The notes under the pieces were generated by a model, which had not been told where the DNA came from, ran no database searches, and worked only from the letters and a program-made list of their open reading frames with translations. A stretch of 43,502 nt of DNA, taken from assembly GCF_001194135.2 (NCBI RefSeq), contig NC_068981.1, positions 69,538,371-69,581,872 on the forward strand, read 5' to 3'. Source of the stretch: Octopus bimaculoides. Lineage: Eukaryota. The position numbers were made by a program, and so were the translations under genes. The first letter of the stretch is position 1; every line of letters starts with the position of its first letter. Shown here one piece after another: positions 36,995 through 43,502 of the stretch.

Positions 36995-39900
36995 ACTTGA
37001 AAATGAATTACACAGAAATAACATAGGGATTAATACTAACCCTTTAAATTGTGGTAGTGAAATGAGAAGCCCAAAAATATTCTTTAATAATAAATGCGGT
37101 AAAAATTTTAAAAATAATAATTTCAATAAACTTGTTTGTACTGTTGATGTGGTCCAGGGAATAAATATTAGGCATACTGATAGACGGTTCCGGGTGATTG
37201 CTAACTGGGAGAATAATAGTTATGTTACAAATAGGGACAGCGACCATATCGGTAATGACACAAACAATAATATTAGCTCTCCGCATAGATCGGGGACTAA
37301 TTATAAGTATAAGAAGCATAGAATATTCAAAGGAAACAATTAGAAAAAAAGTAGCGTAATTTGTTATAATCCTCCCTTCAATTACGTAATATATAATAAT
37401 TTATGCAGCACATTATTCAATATACTTCTCTTCATCACATAAATTATTTCGCAAATTGTGTAGCTAAACGTCCCCCCGTAACATAAATATAGTCGTTTAT
37501 TCTCCCGTAAACATGTTAGAGTATCCTATTCAACACTACCCAATCTGGACATAATTATAGCTAAACTAAAGAAGAAACGCATAACCATGTCCCGGAGTAT
37601 TAGTGATAATGCTCTAAATAGCACCGCACCAAAATATAATTTTTGCACGAAGAATAGCATGTTCGTCATAGCGCTACCAACCTAACTGGCACTAATAATC
37701 TACATGCTTATATCCCTAGCGAGTAGCTATAACAGTAATGGCATCAGTCAGATTTTTACAACTGATAGCAGCAGTAGTAGCACTGTCAACAGCTGACTCT
37801 CTCACACTGCTTGGTATCTAATATTAATGTTAATATTATCCCCGGTAGCGCCTATACGAGCAATATTAACTCCTAGGATCTTGATCCTATATTTGAGATC
37901 CTTACTTCCACCCTCCACAGTGAAACACTATCCGCTGTATACACTTAAATTCTGTTATTATCCTCTCTTTTCAACTTTAATCTTTAGGAAGGGCTTTCTA
38001 CACCACGGCATTGCATTTAATTGGCTTTTTGTTTTTTCAAATCGAACCTAATTTTGTCAGGTGTATGTTCCCAAATCTTCGTGACTACGCACACGTCAAC
38101 ATAGTTACCCTATATCTTAATTTGATGGATGATAGATGGTTGCGAAGCCCCGCATCAGATTTGCAGAGCAGCCTATATAAGCATAAGTATTAGTATCCGT
38201 CACCACACTACACCTGTAAAGTACATTTTCGGCCAGATTCTGACATAAGTTTTTATCTGAGCAGTTTCACCCATTATATATCATGACATGATTTTTATTA
38301 AGAATGCGCCTTCCTATAATATTAGAACAGGGTCTGTTCAATTTGGCTCATAAATACGTTTTAATTGGTAAGTTTGAAACTTCTTATACCGATGGAATTT
38401 GTCACCCGGGACACGGTTTACTCTGAACATGTTTGACAAAATTTCCTATTTAAGAAGTTATTTCGTGTTAAAGTTCTCGTATTTGGGTAATTTTTGCCAA
38501 TCATCGACGTATATTCAGTCAAAGAAAGCTACTGCTGTTTGCGTTAGTAATAAAAAAAAGAACAACTTCCGGGTCGTCTCTACTAAATGTCACCACTCTG
38601 TTCTGTATTATCTTATTGTTTACTGCCTATGTTGCATATTACACGCTTTGTATTTTCTTAGGTTCTCACGTAAGAGTAACCAGTAAACATATAGAGCTGC
38701 TAGCTTTTTTATCGTTGTTGTTGACGTGTGTGTAGTTTCAAGATGTCTTATTTTACAATTATGAGATGTATTGTTATCACTAGATTTGATCTTGCTATAA
38801 TCAACAACAAACATATTTCGTCAAAATAAAAGTCTTTATTAGATTAAAAATGACATTATCAAGACATGAAAATAAAGCAAAACACGTGTTTTTCTTTTTC
38901 TTCTTCTTTTTTTTCTAGGCACCGATGTAATGTAGCCGTAATCCGCATTCTGAATTTTCCAGGTAAAAAATAGCGGCTTATACACCGGAAGGTTCGGTAA
39001 TTGTAGTGGCAGTGACAAGTTCGCTCGCCGGTTGCTAGTGGTTGGCTGCAAGTAGGGAGGGGAACATTTAAGGAATGCAGAGTGCTGATTAGAAAGGAAG
39101 AAAGCATAAAAGTGGCATCCTCTTCGCTCGACATACGAATAGAACAGAGTGGCGACATTTAGTAGATAAGACCCGGAATTGGTTCCTCTTCGATTACTAT
39201 CGCAAATAGTAGTCGTTGATTGGTTAAAATTGCCCAAATACGACAACTTTAACACGACATAACTCCTAAAATACAAATCTTGTCAAAAATGTTCACAGTA
39301 AACAGAGTTCTGGGCGAGAATTACACCAGTAAACGAAGTTTCCAACTGTTTAGTTAAAAAGACTTAATTAAAAAATCTGTGCGCCACACAGAATAGCTCC
39401 TTAGGTCATATAGGACCATGAGCCTGTGAGTTAATATTGCTCGTATAGGTACTACCAGGATTAATATTACTATAGCAGGGATCATTACCATCAAAAATCG
39501 TTGCTAAAACCGGAGTAAGAGAATGTGGATAATGAGCATGACCCTAAGAAATTACGGTAGTTGGTATCATATTCATTGAGCGTATCAACGACAGGGAACG
39601 AGACATGTAGGTCTGTGTCACGATCAGAGGAATGTGCGTCAAGGTCGTAGAGAGATGGTTGTTGGCAAGGTGACAGAGTTGCTTGTGTTCAGTGCTCATT
39701 CTGTTGCTATCAGTTGTAGTAAGATGACTCATGCCGTTATTATTATAGCTACTAACTGATAGGTCTTGCTCGCTAGGGATATAAACTTGAAAACTATTAG
39801 TGTCAGCTGGGTTGGTACGGCTATGGCGATTATTCTTCTTATGTTTCGTGCGAAAATTATCATTTGGTGATGTGCTATTTGGAGCAATATTACTAATAAT

Positions 39901-40490
39901 CCGGGCCAAGGTTATCCGTTTATTGTTCAGGCTAGCTATAATTGTGTGCAGATTGGGGAGTGTTGAATAGGATACCCTAAATTTTTTACGGGAGAGTAAA
40001 CGGTTATATTTATATTACGAAGGGATGCTTTGCTACGTAATTTGCGAAATTATTCATGTGACGGAAGGAAGTATGTTAAATAATTTGCTGCATCAATTAG
40101 TATCTATTAAGTAATTGAAGGGTGGATTATAACTTTTTCTCATTTTTTTTCTTTTGTATCCTCTATGTTTCTTATACTTATAATTAGTCCCCGATCTATG
40201 CGAAGTGCTAATGTTATTTTTTTTGTGTGTAATTGCTGATCCCTATTTGTATCATAGTTACTGTCCTCCCCGTTAACAACCACCCGGATTCCCCTATCAG
40301 TATAACTAATGTTTATTCCTTGGACCACATCAAGAGCACAATCACGTTTATTAAAATTATTATTTTTATTTTTACTGCCTTTATTATTAAGGAATATTTT
40401 TGGCTTTCTAATTTCACTACTACAATTTAAAGGGTTAGTGATAATCCCCATGCTATTTCTATGTACTTCATTTTCAAGAATGGGCGATTT
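36995..40490. repeat. Long imperfect inverted repeat, arms 36995-37900 and 39400-40490; possibly the N-rich ORF N-terminus of a PLE
   Basis: The arms are collinear as reverse complements. Their translations align (PKIFFNNK.GKN.KNNNFNK..C..DVVQGINI..TDR). The PLE assignment is inferred from context only. Confidence 0.8.
38360..39365. mobile_element. MITE-like element with ~200 bp inverted repeats, nested inside the long inverted repeat
   Basis: 38360-38570 is the reverse complement of 39140-39365 (gtttactctgaacat..tttgaca, gtgttaaagtt.tcgtatttggg, tctactaaatgtc.ccactctgttct). The centre is unique. Confidence 0.65.
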
Positions 40491-41949
40491 AATCAGGCCT
40501 TTAGGTATACCAGAATTAGTAGAAATCTGTATAATAACATCGTCCAGACTTCTCTTAATTACACTAGTATTTTATTACGTAATTATCACCATGGGCACCT
40601 TCAATACGCATATCATTACTTCTCCAGTCTCTGGTATAAACCAGTCTAGCTGATTCCAATTTACCTCCTCTATCCCCGGTCACAGATTATAAATACCATA
40701 TTACAACTTGCAAATTCTTAACATAATTGCACCCACTAATGCACATAAGAGCCAATTTTTTGGCGTTTCTCCTCTTTCATGATTAGCTTTGGCTGACTTT
40801 AAGTTTGTTCCCGCTGTATTCGTGAGTCATTCTATAGGTCTGACTTTATGTTTCAACTAATGGTTATGTTTTTTTTTCTATTAAAAATGCGTTAGAGGAG
40901 CTGTAATGAGCAGACATTTATCCATTGCCTGTTATTATTCATTTGCTTGTAATGCGCCATAGGTATATACGACACATGGCATACCCTGGTGTATACCGAA
41001 GAACCTATGACCAACACGACTTGTACTTTGGACTAGCCCCTAGGCGCTTAAAACTCGTAGGGTTTGGTATTCTCAACATGCAAAACCTAAAGATGTTGCT
41101 GGATATTTAATCGACCATATATGTTGACCACAGTTTTATCCAATCCTACTTGGCGTAGAACCTTTTAAGTACCTGATTTTATGAAGAATGCTTATATATA
41201 TATATATNNNNNNNNNNNNNNNNNNNNNNNNNNNNNNNNNNNNNNNNNNNNNNNNNNNNNNNNNNNNNNNNNNNNNNNNNNNNNNNNNNNNNNNNNNNNN
41301 NNNNNNNNNNNNNNNNNNNNNNNNNNNNNNNNNNNNNNNNNNNNNNNNNNNNNNNNNNNNNNNNNNNNNNNNNNNNNNNNNNNNNNNNNNNNNNNNNNNN
41401 NNNNNNNNNNNNNNNNNNNNNNNNNNNNNNNNNNNNNNNNNNNNNNNNNNNNNNNNNNNNNNNNNNNNNNNNNNNNNNNNNNNNNNNNNNNNNNNNNNNN
41501 NNNNNNNNNNNNNNNNNNNNNNNNNNNNNNNNNNNNNNNNNNNNNNNNNNNNNNNNNNNNNNNNNNNNNNNNNNNNNNNNNNNNNNNNNNNNNNNNNNNN
41601 NNNNNNNNNNNNNNNNNNNNNNNNNNNNNNNNNNNNNNNNNNNNNNNNNNNNNNNNNNNNNNNNNNNNNNNNNNNNNNNNNNNNNNNNNNNNNNNNNNNN
41701 NNNNNNNNNNNNNNNNNNNNNNNNNNNNNNNNNNNNNNNNNNNNNNNNNNNNNNNNNNNNNNNNNNNNNNNNNNNNNNNNNNNNNNNNNNNNNNNNNNNN
41801 NNNNNNNNNNNNNNNNNNNNNNNNNNNNNNNNNNNNNNNNNNNNNNNNNNNNNNNNNNNNNNNNNNNNNNNNNNNNNNNNNNNNNNNNNNNNNNNNNNNN
41901 NNNNNNNNNNNNNNNNNNNNNNNNNNNNNNNNNNNNNNNNNNNNNNNNN

Positions 41950-41980
<31 letters not shown>

Positions 41981-42329
41981 AAACAATAATAAAATAACAG
42001 TTGCAAAAAAGTGGTGAAGAGACAATGCAAGGTAAAAAAAAGTATTAAATATTACCGTTAACGCATGTGGATGTATAAACATCCTCGCGTAGGTTTCATG
42101 GGGCATGTCCTTCGCCCACACAAGCATATACGAAGACGTAAGCATACGCAGGCATGTAGTTTAGCACACATACGTAGACTTAGTGTGTCAATTAGCTACT
42201 TGACTTTTATAAGAATGGGGAGTTTAGAGCTAAATTTAATTCATCCATACCTGAAGGTGAATTATGTTAACAGCTACTCAAATTCAATCCCACTGCATTG
42301 TGCGAAAATGCCCTTATATGCGTGTAACT

Positions 42330-42965
42330 ATCTTGAGAATCTTAGAGAAGCCGTATTAATGATCTTTTCATTGGTATGCAGAATAGAAAGGAATTCATTG
42401 CAGCAGAGTCGGCATTTACATGGTTTTCCATGCATTACTATGGACCAACATGATATACTTGATTTTATCTCCTTTAAGTCGTCACGCAAAATCGACTAAA
42501 GATGTTGAATGATTTTCTTGAAGCTGGTGCCATGGTTGCCATAACGGTTTTTGACTGAATCAGCGGTTACCCCAATGTAAACATATGACATTACCCTTGT
42601 GTGCATGGTACATTTATACACAAGATTTGTAACCGAGATTCATCAATGGGCGTTTTGATTTCTCTCTGCATGGGCATTTATTCACTTTATTTGTATATAT
42701 AATAGTGCTGACTTCATGTTTCGACGTTGTTACCGTGTTAGCTACATCACAATCATTTCAACTCTCAAGATTTGGTCGCATCAAATGCTTTCCGTTGCGG
42801 TTTAAATCTCTAGTTTTGGTATTCTGATGTATATGTTTGCTAGTTCGAGTAGGTGAGTTATTAAATTGTTGTTTCATTTTGCTATTGATAATAAGGTCCA
42901 TATGCTGCTTTATCAATTTGTCTATCAAAAATAGCATGGTATGTTTGATTTAGGGAAATGTGTGT
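42330..42965 (-). mobile_element. Second Cys-rich-linker (Naiad-like) PLE GIY-YIG remnant
   Basis: HFPKS, YHAIFDRQ, NKCPCREKSKRPL and NLVYKCTMHTRVMSYVYIGVTADSVKNRYGNHGTSFKK...WSIV...CRLCCNEFLSILHTNEKIIN. It is absent from the ORF track because of stops and frameshifts. Confidence 0.8.
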
Positions 42966-43074
42966 CTAAAGGAGCAACATATTTCCTTTGTTGAAGCATG
43001 TGAATCAAAGACTGGGATGTAACAGATGACATCATGATTCTTATTTTTATTTTTTGGCTTATTTGTTCTAGTGT

Positions 43075-43440
43075 GGAGGCGCAATGGCCCAGTGGTTAGG
43101 GCTGCGGACTCGCAGTCATAGGATCGTGGTATCGATTCCCAGACCGGACGTTGTGAGTGTTTACTGAGCGAAACCACTTGAGGTTCCACGAGGCTTCGGC
43201 AGGGGATGGTGGCGAACCCTGCTGTACTCTTTCACCACAACTTTCTCTCACTTATACTTCCTGTTTCTGTTGTGCCTGTAATTGAAAGGGTCAGCCTTGT
43301 CACATTGTGTCACGCTGAATATCCTCGAGAACTACGTTAAAGATACACGTGTCTGTGGAGTGCTCAGCCACTTGCACGTTAATTTCACGAGGAGGTTGTT
43401 TCGTTCATCGGATCAACTGGAACCGTCGACGTCATAACTA
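43075..43440 (+). mobile_element. tRNA-derived SINE, family C
   Basis: The head ggaggcgcaatggcccagtggttagggctgcggactcgcagtcataggatcgtggtatcgattccc is tRNA-like with A/B boxes but runs into a ~300 bp non-tRNA body. Confidence 0.8.
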
Positions 43441-43502
43441 ATACATCCTTTTGTTTACACCAACTGTCCTCGTTTGTTGTTTTTTTTCGTACATTCTCCC
43501 AT

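Noticed and set aside
42000-42330. Expected hammerhead in the 3' region of the Naiad-like PLE remnants (also 8700-9130)
   Set aside because: I could not find an intact CUGANGA/GAAA pair with supporting stems.
43075-43150. tRNA-like sequences here and at 2270-2328, 4896-4960, 22945-23000 and 34994-35062 as tRNA genes
   Set aside because: They lack a proper acceptor stem and continue into repeat bodies, so they are SINE-type heads.
1-43502. CRISPR arrays, prokaryotic or viral gene clusters, host exons
   Set aside because: There are no repeat-spacer arrays or gene-dense tracts, and every recognisable peptide motif is transposon-derived. Very short host exons cannot be excluded without transcript data.

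Overview
AT-rich eukaryotic non-genic DNA (intergenic or a long intron) from a gapped short-read scaffold. The microsatellite load and SINE families look like an octopus (cephalopod) genome; this is pattern recognition, not a database match. I found no host protein-coding exon, rRNA, genuine tRNA gene or CRISPR array. Most of the interpretable sequence is decayed mobile elements: Penelope-like elements (PLEs) of two clades, Gypsy pol remnants, three Tc1/mariner remnants, Tx1, RTE and CR1/L2-type LINE fragments, three tRNA-derived SINE families and MITE-like inverted repeats. The most interesting signal is a recurring module of tRNA-like Pol III head + (AAT/AAC)n + minimal type I hammerhead ribozyme. 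It forms the 3' terminal repeat of an RT + GIY-YIG PLE present as a divergent inverted pair (30960-35280), and it also occurs twice as a stand-alone ORF-less short element (1707-1979, 4741-4960). This suggests a PLE-mobilised, ribozyme-bearing SINE family. The window is also rich in inverted rearrangements.
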